The notes: generated by a model not told the origin, from the letters alone. Positions 23,678-37,409 are shown, counted from the stretch's first letter. The stretch: 64,000 nucleotides of DNA from Azolla caroliniana (GCA_043228905.1 JBHGNT010000130.1:1-64000), one strand, 5' to 3'. Numbers and translations: made by a program.

Positions 23678-24910
23678 TGATGAGTCTTACACATTCCCTT
23701 CCTCTTAGTACTAATCCTCAGTACTTTCCTTCCCTAGTGCTAATTCTCTCTCTATTTTTAGTAGTACATTCCTAACCGTTTGAACCGAATTGAGTCATCC
23801 TCTTATCCCTCCTTCCCTTCATACTAATCCTCTTATCCTCCCTAGTAAATGGCAATTGTTAGCCCTCAAGAATACCAATATGTTTTCTCGGAGTTCCAAT
23901 GCTTAAAAGAGAAGTTTGTAGCACTAGAACAAGAAAATCATCGTCTGTTGGGGGATCTTCAACAAATAGCTCTAAAAGAACAACAACACGGGGAGCTAAC
24001 GTTACGTGTGCAACAACTTCAAGCGACTATTGTATCATGACAACAAGGATCAAGTGCTCAAGGTGACAGGAACTCTACGTCCCGTATGCGCAACGCTCGG
24101 CCACAACCGAGCTTAGAATCATACACACAGAAAAACGGTGAAGGAATGCACGACACGAAGAAGAGAAGAGTACACAAGATGTTTACGTGGAAAACCCAAA
24201 CTAAGGGGAAAAACCACGGCAGCCCACAGGCTGCAAACTATCACTATGTTAGAATGTACAACAGTGAGTTCACGGAAGCAACGACCTCGTGCTCACGATC
24301 TTCGCCACAGGCGGCGGTTACAACAAAGGCAACGACCTCTTTCTCTCTCTCTCTCTCTGTACACTGTTACGCGCTCTCTCTCTCCTTGCACCAACAAGAA
24401 TGACAACAACCCTTCACAAAAGTTTGCCCTAAGTCATATTTATACTAATATGACTTTTCAGCTATTTACAAATATAGCCTCGATGGACTCTCAGAAACAT
24501 ATTTACGAATATGTCTCTTCATCCGGTGAGCATTCCTCACCGGGTCTGCACCATCCGGCTCTCCGTAGCCGGGTACTCCTCATTCGGTTCTCACCGGATC
24601 TGCACCATCCAGTTCTACGTAGCCGGGTACTCCTCATCCGATTCTCACCGGGTTTGCACCATCCGGCTCTCCGTAGCCGGGTACTCCTCATCCGGTTTCC
24701 ACCGGGTCTGCACCATCCGGCTCTCCGTAGTCGGGTACTCCTCATCCGGTTTTGGCCTATCGGCCTCGGCCGAGTTTGCTCATCAACACTGTTCTTCTCC
24801 CTTCCCATCCGGAGGGACCTGTCTCCCAACACAAGGGACTCACAAAGAACCCAAGATTGGTCTTCCTATAAAATTTGATGGAACCCAATCACAGTTTAGA
24901 GGTTTTCTTA
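23395..24910 (+). mobile_element. 5' end of a chromovirus-type gypsy element (LTR and gag start), interrupted by a solo LTR
   Basis: TGTCAC start, TATA at 23528, gag ATG at 23849. The gag continues as KEPKIGLPIKFDGTQSQFRGFLN after the insertion. Confidence 0.7.
24064..24831. mobile_element. Solo LTR (768 bp) with four 54-bp tandem repeats (unit B copy 58649-59418)
   Basis: TG...CA ends and 5-bp TSD CAAGG. The empty site gctcaagggactc is visible at ~26330. Confidence 0.88.
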
Positions 24911-25049
24911 ATTATTATCACTAAAACGATCTCTCTCTCTCTCTCTCATTTGGTGAAAACACACAATTATATTAATAAATGTGTATGGAAACACTACTTA
25001 CAATGGGTGTGACAATGGAATATAATCACCCACTAAACCCTAAACCCTA

Positions 25050-26360
25050 ACTATAGACCTCATGCTTTTTTCCTTCTAATAACAATGTTCATGCACGTGA
25101 GATACATGCATGAATTGCTTTTTCGATCATTCGTTTTCTTTTGATTAAAGTTTTATGCACTCTACGTGTAGAAGTAGCTTTTCCTAAAAATTATACATAA
25201 AATAATCTTTGTATGTGGGATATCTACTTGTCTAACAATAATGATGTGTTAGTATAATGGTAAAGCTATAGCTCATTAACATGGAGGTATAGGGTTTGAA
25301 TCCTACCGTATGCATGTAACATACATTTTAATATTTTCTTCGGTTTCTTCATATTTATCCAATTAGTTATTGTATACGTTTTTCACGTACTGTACAAATT
25401 ACACTACGACACCATTGTGGTAACTCTTCATATTGTTGAGCTTTTTTAGTACTCACTTTTTGTAGGTCTACAAGTAGCCTTTGATTTTCATGCTCTAAGG
25501 CCACAAATTTATTCGTGAGCATGTCGAGCTCAGAAAGAACACACATACATTCTTGTTTGCTTAGGACTCCATAACTTGTTGGAAGAGGGAGAAATGAAAA
25601 TTTGGTTCAAACTGTCAAGACAGAGAGAGAGACAGAGAGAGACAGAGAGAGAATTGAAAACAAAATATTGTAGTGCACTTGTCATGATATAGCATGGTAT
25701 GGCATTAAAAGGATTGAAACCCATGACCTAGTGTCACATGGGTTGAAGCCCTACCATTAAGCTATAGAAAATTGGTGTATATTCCAAATTTCTCTAGAAC
25801 ATTCTAGAAACTTCAGGTGTATAAAAAGAGGCACAAGGCATTATTTCGAATCAATTCGGTTCAACGCCAGTCTTAAGCCTCCTCCTAGCTATTCTTGTAC
25901 TTACTCTTCATATAATATATCACATGTTATCATCTCTCTCTCCCTCTGATGAGTCTTACACATTCCCTTCCTCTTAGTACTAATCCTTAGTACTTTCCTT
26001 CCCTATTGCTAATTCTATCTCTATTTTTAGTAGTACATTCCTAACCATTTGAACTGAATTGAGTCATCCTCTTATCCCTCCTTCGCTTCATACTAATCCT
26101 CTTATCCTCCCTAGTAAATAGCAATTGTTAGCGCTCAAGAATACCAATATGTTTTCTCGGAGTTCCAGTGCTTAAAAGAGAAGTTTGTAGCACTAGAACA
26201 AGAAAATCATCGTCTGTTGGGGGATCTCCAACAAATAGCTCTAGAAAAACAACAAGAACACGGGGAGCTAACGTTACGTGTGCAACAACTTAAAGCGACT
26301 ATTGTATCATGACAACAAGGATCAAGCGCTCAAGGGACTCACAAAGAACCCAAGATTGGC
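25050..26360 (+). repeat. Local duplicate of ~22700-24063/24832-24860 lacking the solo LTR
   Basis: Collinear near-identical sequence. The unit B equivalent is ~59635-61180. Confidence 0.85.
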
Positions 26361-26364
26361 TATT

Positions 26365-29300
26365 GCATTAAGTAATGATTTCTCTGCACCCATATAAGCT
26401 GCAAAGACCTGAATCTGATGTGGTTGTAGGAGACAACGTGATTGTTGATTGTAGGTGTCATTTACTGGTCGAATTTCGAATTCCAAATGTCAAAATAGGG
26501 CATCGTCTTTACCATGTTGGGCATCAGGACGAAAAACAATTTGAAAGTCATAGTCAGCCAACAAGGTCGACCATTGCGCTTGCCTCCGGTTCAAAATGCA
26601 AGTAGTGGTGAAGTAGACGAGGTTCTTGTGATCGGTCACCACTTGGACACGGTGTTGGGCGCCTGCTAAGTAAGGACGCCATTCTTCAAAGGCTGCAATA
26701 ATGGTAGAGAGTTCTTTGTCATAAACTGGGTAGTTGATCTCGGGAGGTGTGAACTTCCGAGAAAAAAAGGCAACAGGATGAAGAATCCCATTGTTATCTG
26801 ATCGAGAGAGAATTGCACCGATGGCGAAGTCAGAGGCATCAGTTTCGATTGTAAATGGTTTGGTCAGATCTGGGTGTAGAAGTACCGGAGCCGTGGTAAA
26901 AGTTTTTTTTAGTGTCTCGAATGCTAGTTGGGTTGTGGGAGTCCAGCAAAAAGGGGAATCCTTCCGAGTGAGTGCTATAAGTGGTTGCGCCAATGTAGAG
27001 AATCCTTGAATGAATCGACGATAGAAGTTGGCAAAACCCAAAAATGATTGCACATCCTTGACACTGGTGGGGATTTCCCACTGTTGAACCGTTTCGACTT
27101 TCTTCTCATCCATAGGATACCATCAGATGAAATGACATACCCGATGAATTCAACTGAGGTTCGATCAAACTCACACTTATCGGGTTTCGCATAAAGTCCA
27201 TGTTCCCGAAGTTTGGTCAAGATAAGTCGAACATGCTTGGTGTGCTCTATGTAGTCCTGTGAGAAGATAAGTATGTCGTCGAGATAGATGACCACAAATT
27301 GGTCTAGACATTCTCGGAAGATGTCATTCATCATATGCTGGAAAACGGCAGGAGCATTTGTGAGACCAAATGGCATTACCATGTGTTCAAAATGCCCATA
27401 CCTGGTTCAAAATTCCGTTTTCCACTCATCTCCAGGCTTGACACATACCAAGTTGTAGGCGCCTCTAAGATCGATTTTGGAGAATATACGCCCAGCCTGA
27501 AGTCGGTCTAGGAGTTCACGGATTAGAGGTAGTGGATAGCAGTTTCAAACCATGACTCGATTGAGCCCGCGATAGTCGATACATAGGCGCAACGTTCCAT
27601 CTTCCTTGTCGACAAATAGAATACGAGAGCCAACTCGAGATTTCGAGTGGCGAATGAATCCATTTATGAGATTCCCTTCAATTTATATTTTGAGGGTCTT
27701 GAGTTCAGGCTCACATAACCCATAGATACGGCCAAATGGAGGACAAGCACCATCTTTCAAGTCAACTAGACAATCGTATGGGCGATGTTCGGGTTGACGA
27801 TCAACATTTTTCTTCTCAAATACATCTGAGAAATCATTCTATTTTGATGGAAAAGAGCTAGTACATAGGGTAGTATCTGGAGTGGACATGACCGCCATGT
27901 CCTTAGAATTAGAAATGGATGCAATCAACATTGTATAGCTTACCCGAGCAAGAGTTGGAACGGTTTTCGAGGATGACAAGAGACTAACTATCGATGTTGT
28001 TTCTATTGGAGCAACTGTTGACATGGTTCTCGTTGAAGAGGAAATGGGAGCGACCGATAACCTGGTCCTCACCGGAGCAGAAATGGGGTTGCCCCTGAAA
28101 TATGGGTGGGAGCGACTGTTGACGCGGTCCTCACTGGAGCAGAAACTGGAATCGGAGCAACCATTGATGTGGTTCTCACTAGAGCCAAAACTGGAGTTGT
28201 CCCCCAAACATGAGTGGGAGCAACCGTTGAGACGGTCCTCACCGGAGTAGGCGGCGAAACAAATGGTGGATCATTGGCTCGAAGAAGGGTGGACGTAATA
28301 CCTTGTGAGTGAGAATTCAAGGTGAAATTGATGGTGTGAGATCGTCAATGCACGACTGGATTGTGAGTTTCGAGCCATGATTAGCCCAAGATGATAGGAT
28401 GTCGAGGTGATGTGATGAGGTTAAAATTGATTTCTTCCTAGTGGGCCCCTATGTGGAGACCCAAGGGAATTGTTGTATTTGTGATGGCACCAGAAGAGAG
28501 CGTTCGACCATCGATCACTTCAACTAGAATCGGGACGGTTAATTTGTTGCTTGGAATGTTGTGTTTCCGTGCAAACATGATGTCAATAAAGCATGACCTG
28601 GCCGCAGAATCCAACAAAGCTTTTTGTCTTCAGAGTGGTAGAATCAAACTGAAGAGTGATCGGAATCGCGAAATTTGTTGTCGAGGAAGTCAATTGATTG
28701 GGCCCTTCACATAATTGTTGACTCTTGTGGTCCAGATGCACATCCCCTACTGCAACTGGATATTGGAGTTTTCCTGTACGCCGAAAATGTCAACCCCATC
28801 CACACAATGTGGTGTTTGATAGGGTCCCTTTTTTGGGCAAGAGCGGATCAAATGGTCAGGGCTGCCACAATAGAGACCTAAATTGTTGGCCTGACGATGT
28901 TGTTGTTGCGCATTAGTCAATGGTCGATAGTGAATTCGATCGATCTCCATTGGGGAGGTAGAATCTGTGGTGGGAGTTGAAGATGAACTGGAGGATGACA
29001 TGGGAGGCGGTGTCGTCAACCATGGTAGGTGACTTCACGTAGCGGCTGGCCAAGATGGATGGATCCGGTGAGGACGTTCCTCTTGCCGGAACTCAAAGAG
29101 ACGGTTATCGCAGCGCACAACTTGGGAAATAGCCTCATTCAAAGATGTGGGCTTAGGAAAATTACGTAAAAGATTTTTTATCACACCTCGTAATCCTCAA
29201 CGGAATTGATCGAGGAGGGCTTGTCCGTCCGACTCGACATTGCATGCGAACTGACGAAATTCGGATGTATATAGTTTGTTGAGATGCGGGTCGTCATTTG

Positions 29301-30150
29301 TCGGCCTTGTTGTAATGCATATAGTTAGTTGAGTGCGGCTCTTCGTTTGTCGGTCTCCCCAAAAGATGCCTCAAATTCGGTAAGAAATGCTTGGAAGTCA
29401 TTCAAGAGAGGTGACGAGGTCTCCACTAGAAGGGCAAACCAAGCTTGTGCTTGTCCTGTCAGCAACGTGTCGATGAGCCGAACTTGTCGAAAGTCATTAG
29501 AATAGCAACGGGGCTGAAGACAAATAATAAGGTGGATTTGGTTGATGAAACCTCTTAGCCGTGACCTTGTTCCATCTAATTTGTCTAACAAGCTGACATT
29601 GGGTTCTATAGGATAAGGGTCAACAATCGGGTGAGGTATAACTGGTGTGGCTGCCTAAAATTCTTGAGCCGAGTTTCGCAAGTTCACATTTTCATGTTGG
29701 AGTTGTTGCACGACCACCAAAATTTGCTCAAGATTACTAGATGATTCTGACATGATAGTGTATTGAGAAAGAAGGAAAGAAAGAAAGGAGGAGATCAATC
29801 TGTCACGGATGAAGAATTGGGGGTAAAGAGATGGGGAAGTTTATGAGATAGGGAGATCGAGAAGTTGATGACAATGAGTAAAAATATCTATTCCATGAGT
29901 GGTGTTGATCTCCTTGATATTAACAAGGGAGATCAACCCTTTTTATACATGTAGTGATTCATGATAAGCATGTTCATGCCAAGTCTTACATACTATAATA
30001 TCAAGCATACTAATTCTTGCATGCCAAGTCTTACATACTCAGTGTTACATACTCAGTCTTACATACTAGATCTTATATACCACGCTTTATACAAAGGTTT
30101 GAAGTCTAAAGTTTGTCTAGGAGAAATATTTATACAAGGGCCTAAGGTTC
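26365..30150 (-). mobile_element. Degenerate chromovirus-type gypsy element (5' LTR from 29801, gag, PR, RT, RH). Partial copy at ~61185-63160
   Basis: LYCGSPDHLIRSCP knuckle, LLDSAA protease, [17 protein letters not shown] and ETDASDFAIG; contains frameshifts. Confidence 0.9.
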
Positions 30151-30710
30151 AAATTCGCGTCCATGTTCATGACACCATGGTTCGAATTGCACAATCCGGA
30201 CATAGATTGGAAAACAAGAGAAATCAGGTGTCGAGAACCCCAAGAATCTACTCATAAGGTTTCAACCATTCTATTACATCAACTGTGTGAGGAAGGACAC
30301 ACGGAATCAATGTTTGTATTCGCAGTATCAGTGAGACGTTTCAACACTGCTAAGGAGGAGTCAACAATTCAACTTCCAAAAAACTATCATCATTATGACG
30401 ATGTTTTTTATAAGGTAAAAGCTAGTACTCTTCCTCATCATTGACCGTATGATTGTCCCATTGATTTACAACTAGGAAAAGAGCCACCGTGGGCACCAAT
30501 CTACAACTTGTCACCAATAGAGCTTGAAGTTCTTCGAGCTGACATAGAGGAAAATTTGGCAAACAGGTTCATTCGACATTGGAAGTCTCTAGCCGATGCA
30601 CCCATTTTCTTCGACAAGAAAAACGATGGCTCACTACGTCTAGTTGTAGATTACCGTGGCTTGAATAACATCACTATCAGGAATAGGTATGCACTTCCCT
30701 TCATCTCGAC
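30151..30710 (+). pseudogene. Gypsy pol fragment (end of PR to start of RT)
   Basis: PWFELHNPDIDW and DGSLRLVVDYRGLNNITIRNRYALP. Confidence 0.85.
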
Positions 30711-31022
30711 TGTAGGGGGTTTAACCCATGACCTCCTGGTCTTATTGGGCAACCATACCAGTTGAGCTACATCCATCTATGAATTATTGTATTGTATAAG
30801 ATTCAACTTATTACATTGTAGGTTAATCACTAGAACTTTCAAGAAACTTCTAGAGAAATCTTCTTCATGCACTCTTTAGAAGTTTCCATGCACTCTCTGG
30901 ATGTTTCATAGCTTACATGCATATCTCCACATTCTTGTATAAATACTCGAGTGCATCATCATTACAATCAAGGTGAACAACACCAGTTATAGAAGCTTAA
31001 TTCCGTTCTCACCCTCTTGTCT

Positions 31023-31074
<52 letters not shown>

Positions 31075-33290
31075 CCATCGTTTTCTTTCTTTTTGTGCGT
31101 TTGTTTCTTTCCCTCCATGATTATCTACGTTCTATAGCTCGTTGGAAAGCTCTTTCAGAGAGCTTTCTAATGAATGTTTATTTGCTGAATTCCGTTGCCG
31201 GAATGAGGAGTTATGAGAATTTTCGTTCACAGCTCTCTTTGCCCCGCGGCTCCTCAAACTCTAGGTAGATTTTGAAACCCTAAATCGATTGAAAGGTACA
31301 TTCTACTTCTTCTATCATTTTATTAATAGTAAATATGCCAAGAGGAGTAAAAGCCAATGATGATATGATTGAAAGCCCAAACAATCAAATGCATACATTG
31401 TCAATGGAAAAGATCGCAACTATGTATATCTCATTGCAAGAGACAATGATGCATATGCAAAGCAAATTGTATGCTCGTAAGGAGAGGGAATTAACTCTTC
31501 AACATACACTGGAAATGCAAAAGTTAGAGATGAAAGCTTTGTGTGAAGAACTACATGAAATGAAGAACATGACTATTCAAATGCAAGATAATAGGATGCC
31601 TGAAATCGAAAGAAAAATGTTGTCAACTTGAGATAATCCATCCCTCTATCCTTATCATCCTGCAACATCATTTCAATGGCCTTCCTACTAAATGGAAGCC
31701 TTATCAGTCTTGGCCCACCTTCTCTTCTTATAGACTCTTCTAAGCCATAAGCATCCAAGACCACATCCATCATTCCTGATCCTACAAAAATGATGGTAGT
31801 GCAAACCATCCAACCTCATCATTACCCTATGCTCACATATAAAGGTGAACATATAGAATTTGTTAAAAGCTTTAAATATCTTAGCATTGATGTACCCGCC
31901 ACAAATAAATGGAGTGCATGTTTTGATTCTAGACTCCAAGCCGGTTGGAAATCATATTACCTTTTGGAAAACCAATGCAACCAAAGTGATACTTGTGGAT
32001 GGGAAGTAAAATTAATGTTGTTCAATGTCATGGTAACTCAGGTATTGCTTTATGGAGTAGAAGTATGGGGTGGCACCATCTCTCTTAATGCATGGAACAA
32101 GATTGAGAAAATTCAAAAGATGTTTTTAAGGAGGCAATTAGAAGTTAAATGCACTACCTCTTACTAGGTTATGCTCTTGGAAAGGGGTGTTCGACCCATA
32201 GAACTATTGGCACTCCAAAGAGTATATAAATACATTACAAAAGTCAAGAATATGCCGAATCATCGATTACCACATCTTTCTTGGAATGTTGAATGTAAGC
32301 TACAAAAGAATCATAAAAGTAATATTCTCTCATCTGGTTGGGTTGTTGACATAAAGAAATGGTTTAGAAAATGGGGTGTGGATGATCTTTTAGAGCTTTC
32401 AAGCAATGCTATGCAATATGTAATGATTGAGAAAAGGTTGGTGGAATCATTAAGGATGAAGTGGGAGGATGCTAAGAGGACAAAGCTAGAATACTACATT
32501 GCAAATCTCAACCCTGAATGTTGGTCTCAATATAAAGCAAGAATGTCTATTGATCGTATCCAACCTTATCTCATTACCAATATGCGTAGCAATGCTCGTA
32601 GAGCCCTTACACTACTTCGCGCTTGATCTCACAAGTTAGGTATTGAAGTTGCATCATGGTATCAAAATGTAACGAATTTGAAGACATGTAAAGTATGCAA
32701 TGAAGGCATGGTAGTGGATGAATGTCACTTGCTCTTCACATGCTCGACATATAGTGCAATTAGTTCAAGATATGTTGACATACTAAGAGGGAGTGATAAC
32801 TTAAGATCCATACTTACGACACCACCTAGAAGGTTGAGCTCATATGTGTATGCTTTATTAACACATAGAGACTTTGTGCTTCAACATATAAATACCCCTT
32901 CTTAGGAAGGAGACATATATCAAGAACACATGTATATTCTGGTCCCATAGGTCAAAATTGGCCTCTTCATGGACGATAAAAATTCTAATTCTAATTCTAA
33001 TTCTCTTGTCTATGCTCTCTCTCTCTCTCTCTCTCTCTTTCCATTTTTTAGTTCCTACATGGTATCAGAGCGGTGAAGGAGTCCAACCCCACCAAGAATT
33101 TAGTCGTGGTGTTAATAATGAGCGTGTGAATTAAAGAAATGTGGTGGAAAATTCCGCCCAGGTATTGTCTCGCACTTATCACATGGAAAAATTGAATGAT
33201 AAAAACTATCAACCATGGTGTATGACCATGGAAATTATATTAGAACAATATAACTTGTTAAATATCGTCGATGGAACGAAGGAGTTCAAA
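30711..33290 (+). mobile_element. Ty1/copia 5' end: LTR 30711-33059 (split by a LINE), tRNA-Met PBS 33060-33071, gag start
   Basis: TGTAGG...CCTACA is followed directly by TGGTATCAGAGC. MEKLNDKNYQPWCMTMEIILEQYNLLNIVDG is a Copia-type gag N-terminus. Confidence 0.82.
31025..33004 (+). mobile_element. Internally deleted non-LTR retrotransposon (RTE/RTEX-like) with (AATTCT)n tail. Partial copy at ~63190-64000
   Basis: Coiled-coil ORF1 remnant, FKYLSI...LLYGVEVWG and C-terminal CKVC...DECHLLFTC; tandem-repeat tail at 32981-33004. Confidence 0.8.
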
Positions 33291-34290
33291 GACAATAATA
33301 TAATCTATCTATCTATCTCTTTCCATTTCTCAATTCCTACAATAAAGGAGTTGCTAGGTTACTTTTTCACTTTATTTTCATTTAATAGATTATATCTTAT
33401 GTCATTGTGGATGTCAGCAAATTCTAGCTTTTCTAGTATTTCAAAGGAAAGAATCTTAACTGCCGTATGTCTAAAGTGACTAATTGGTATTATGGAATAC
33501 ACCAAGAAAGGAGTGGCGGGTATCTCTTTATTTATAACTACATGAATTAATTGTTTCAAGACATAAGTTATGGTAGGTTTCCTACATTTAAAGGTTATCA
33601 ATTGATAAAGAATGGAAAACAAGCAAAAGTCTTTGGTGGCAACTAATAGGACAATTCTGGGGAGAATCAAATTCCTATTTTCATGAGGTAAAGAATGACG
33701 ATTTTGTGATAAGGATACGAAGAACATCCTCAAGTATTTCATAAATCCACCGTTGAACGAGCCAAAGAGAGAAATCATCAATAATTTCTATAGGAACTAA
33801 AGGAACCACCGCATGAGGTATTTGAAACCTCGAACATTTTGTAACCCAATAGATGGTAATGAGACTTAGTTGATTGGAGCCCTAAAGTACCTAAGGATAG
33901 TGGGGACGCTACTGGCTAGTTAATTTCAAGCACAACTTTCACCATGAGAAAAAATGATGTATACACAACTATCATCGTGGGCTAAAAAAGGAACTAACAC
34001 CGAGTCATTAGAAATAGGTAATATGCTGCATTTTAATAATTGTCCGTCAAAAAATGGCACAAAATAGTTCGTAAAATAAAAAGGGGTGACGCATGCATAA
34101 AGTTTTTTTAAAAACGACGCAAAATATATTGATTTTTAGCATGTCCAAAATTTTAGGGCTTCCAAAAATTGCCTAAATAATTGACATGCGAAAGTTACAA
34201 AAGAATGTACAAATTTTACAAAATGACTACCACCCATATTTGTACATATTGGAGAATTAGCATCTTGATGGAAAATACAATATTTACAAA

Positions 34291-37200
34291 TCATGTATCA
34301 GAACTATCACTTCCCAAAGCTATGCCTTCCCCTTCAGACCCATCCGAGGAACTGGGAGATCTTTGTGAGGTCTCATCCTCATCATCACTAGCAACTACTG
34401 TATTGTCTTCATCCAGTTGCAATCTAATGTCACCGTGATTATGAAACATACTCCTTGTTCGTCTGTGTCTTGCATTGAGAGACACATCTGGGATCTTCTC
34501 TTTTATTATCTTGATTGTGGTCTGTCTTAGATGGCCTATTTTGGTTAAGCGGAAGTCATACACTAGTATGTCTACATTATCAAGTGTCCGAGTAGACGTG
34601 TTCGGTAGATTTTTTCTTTTTCACTTTCTACTTGTGCCTTCGACATCCTTAACCATCTCTAAAGAGTACTTCCCAGTAAATGCATCTGGAGTAGTGGTAT
34701 GTCTTCATCCAATTGCAATCTAATGTCTCCGTGATTATGATACATACTCCTTATTCGTCTGTGTGTTGCATCGAGAGACACATCTGGGATCTTCTCTTTT
34801 ATTATCTTGATTGTAGTCTGTCTTAGATGGCCTGTTTTGGTCAAGGTGAAGTCATACACTAGTATGTCTACATTATCAAGTGTTCGGTATATTTTTTTCT
34901 TTTCCGCTTTCTACTTGTGCTTTCTACTTGAACCATCTCTAAAGAGTACTTCCCAGTAAATGCATCTGGGGAAGAGGTATGATACCAATGAACCACATTA
35001 GAGATAACTTTATTGCCTTGTTTGTCCTCAATAATTTCGGTGATTTTACAAATCCAAAAGGGATGGCCCAACTCATCACCCCTAGCTAATGTTGCAACCA
35101 ACATACCAACTTGTAGCTCACGCAGATTGGGTTGCCATCTCGCCTTTGCAACACGCGATATTGTTGGTCCCATGTAAATATCTCTCTATCGTGGACGAAC
35201 TAGATTATTCAGGTTAAGATTATCTAGTGATTGCACATTATTTGTAATCACCATTGATTGGTCACCAATATTCCATTTGAATTGATTTTGGAGTGACCAG
35301 TAACTGCCAAAATGGTTAACTAAAATTGTATGTTGATAGTTAAAGAAGTTACCCCACCATTCAACATCCTGATCACCAGCATACCTTTTGGTGAGCTTAA
35401 TATTTTTCTATTTCTCTTCAAGGCACCGCATCCAATGTACCTTTTTCTCTTCAATCGAACTACTAGGAGGCAATATTTTATATCCCTCCAGAGACATTTG
35501 TTCTGCACCATGGATTACTGCATCTAGAAAACACAGTAAGAGCCTACATCCCTGTTGGGGCTCCCATTGTGAACTAGATGAGTATTGTTTGGCATACAAC
35601 AATGTCTAGTTGTGGTTTATAGAAGTTCCTCTTTTTATGAGATAGACGTGGTTAAAACTTATATTATTAAGCGGGGCAAGAACCCTACATAGAGTCCCAT
35701 CACCATCTACGGAGAAGCCTTTGAAAATCATAAACTTCATCCAGATGTTGTACCTTTGGGTTTGGGGTATAGGCTCCAATGATAAACTTTCATATTGTAG
35801 GAAGGTAAATGCATCAGAGCTCGCTAATGTCTTCGAGGACATACTAAACATTTGATCTATATGATCATGTGTGTAACCAACTAGTAAGAAGTTGACCTTA
35901 ATCGTTTTGAATATACCCCTGTCTAGTAGCATGCTTAAATAACCGAACACAATCCAATTTTTGTTTTCTCTTGCCATGTTGTCTAGTTGGACGTATAGTA
36001 TTAGCGGGAGAATACATTGCCAAGACAGTAAACCTCTTTGCACGAATGTGACTGTAAGATTAGGGTTTTTGTGGATATTAGGATAAGTCAGGAACACTTG
36101 AGGCCTTATTGTTTGACAATACGACATACAACCTACTCAGTGCATCTGCACTAGGCATTCATCTCTAATATCCTTCGGCAACCCTCGAAAGTGTGGAAAA
36201 CAAGTTTTCTTCTGATCCATGCCATCTATAATTTGGGGCATCATGGATTACTGCATCTAGAAAACACAGTAAGAGCCTACATCCCTCTTGGGGCTCCCAT
36301 TGTGAACTAGATGAGTATTGTTTGGCATACAACAATGTCTAGTTGTGGTTTATAGAAGTTCCTCTTTTTATGAGATAGACATGGTTAAAACTTATATTAT
36401 TAAGCGGGGCAAGAACCCTACATAGAGTCCCATCACCATCTACGGAGAAGCCTTTGAAAATCATAACTTCATGCAAATGTTGTACCTTTGGGTTTGGGGT
36501 ATAGGCTCCAATGATAAACTTTCATATTGTAGGAAGCTAAATGCATCAAAGCTCGCTAATGTCTTCGAGGACATACTAAACATTTGATCTATATGATCAT
36601 GTGTGTAACGATATAGTAAGAAGTTGACCTTAATCGTTTTGAATATACCCCTGTCTAGTAGCATGTTTAAATAACCGAACACAATCCAATTTTTGTTTTC
36701 TCTTGCCGTGTTGTCTAGTTGGACGTATAGTATTGGCGGGAGAATACATTGCCAAGACAATAAACCTCTTTGCATGAATGTGACTGTAAGATTAGGGTTT
36801 TTGTGGATATTAGGATAAGTCAGGAACACTTGAGGCCTTATTGTTTGACAATACGACATACAACCTACTCAGTGCATCTACACTAGGCATTCATCTCTAA
36901 TATCCTTTGGCAACCCTCGAAAGTGTGGAAAACAAGTTTTCTTCAAATCCATGCCATCTATAATCAAGAACATGTACCTTTTCGGTGATTGAAACGTTTT
37001 TTGTTAGTGTTGCATAGCTTTATATCTCTCCAACGCTTATCTTTCGCAATGTTCTTTTAATAATTTCTTATAATTCTTTATTTCTTCATCTATTCTCCCA
37101 CTCTTTGCCATGCTTTTTAAACTTGCACATACAGAACAAACGATTGGGACCTTACGCGGTATGACCACATTGTTAAACGACAACCTCCATAATCGATTAA

Positions 37201-37400
37201 AATGCGATATTGTATATAAGGTACACTTTCTAATAGCATGTCATTCTTATATGCTTGGTAAACCTCACGACAAGTGAAGTTATCTGACAAATGTAATCTT
37301 CCAGTTGTGGGCATAATATCACATTGCTTTGAGAAATATATCTCCATCCACCTACCGGCATTGCACCCAATTAGACCCTTACATCCATATACTTTATTGT
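34291..37400 (-). pseudogene. Sola-like DDD transposase pseudogene with internal tandem duplications
   Basis: IDGMDQKKTCFPH, LYVQLDNTARENKN and FLLVGYTHDHIDQMFS. Duplications of ~733 bp (35509-36964) and ~296 bp (~34405-34990). Family assignment is from remembered motifs plus the 4-bp TSD. Confidence 0.75.
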
Positions 37401-37409
37401 TGAAGGAGT

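Noticed and set aside
24536-24750. 54-bp repeat array resembling a CRISPR or repeat-protein ORF
   Set aside because: The units are contiguous with no unique spacers and lie within a TSD-flanked solo LTR. ORFs are open on both strands only because of the repeat.
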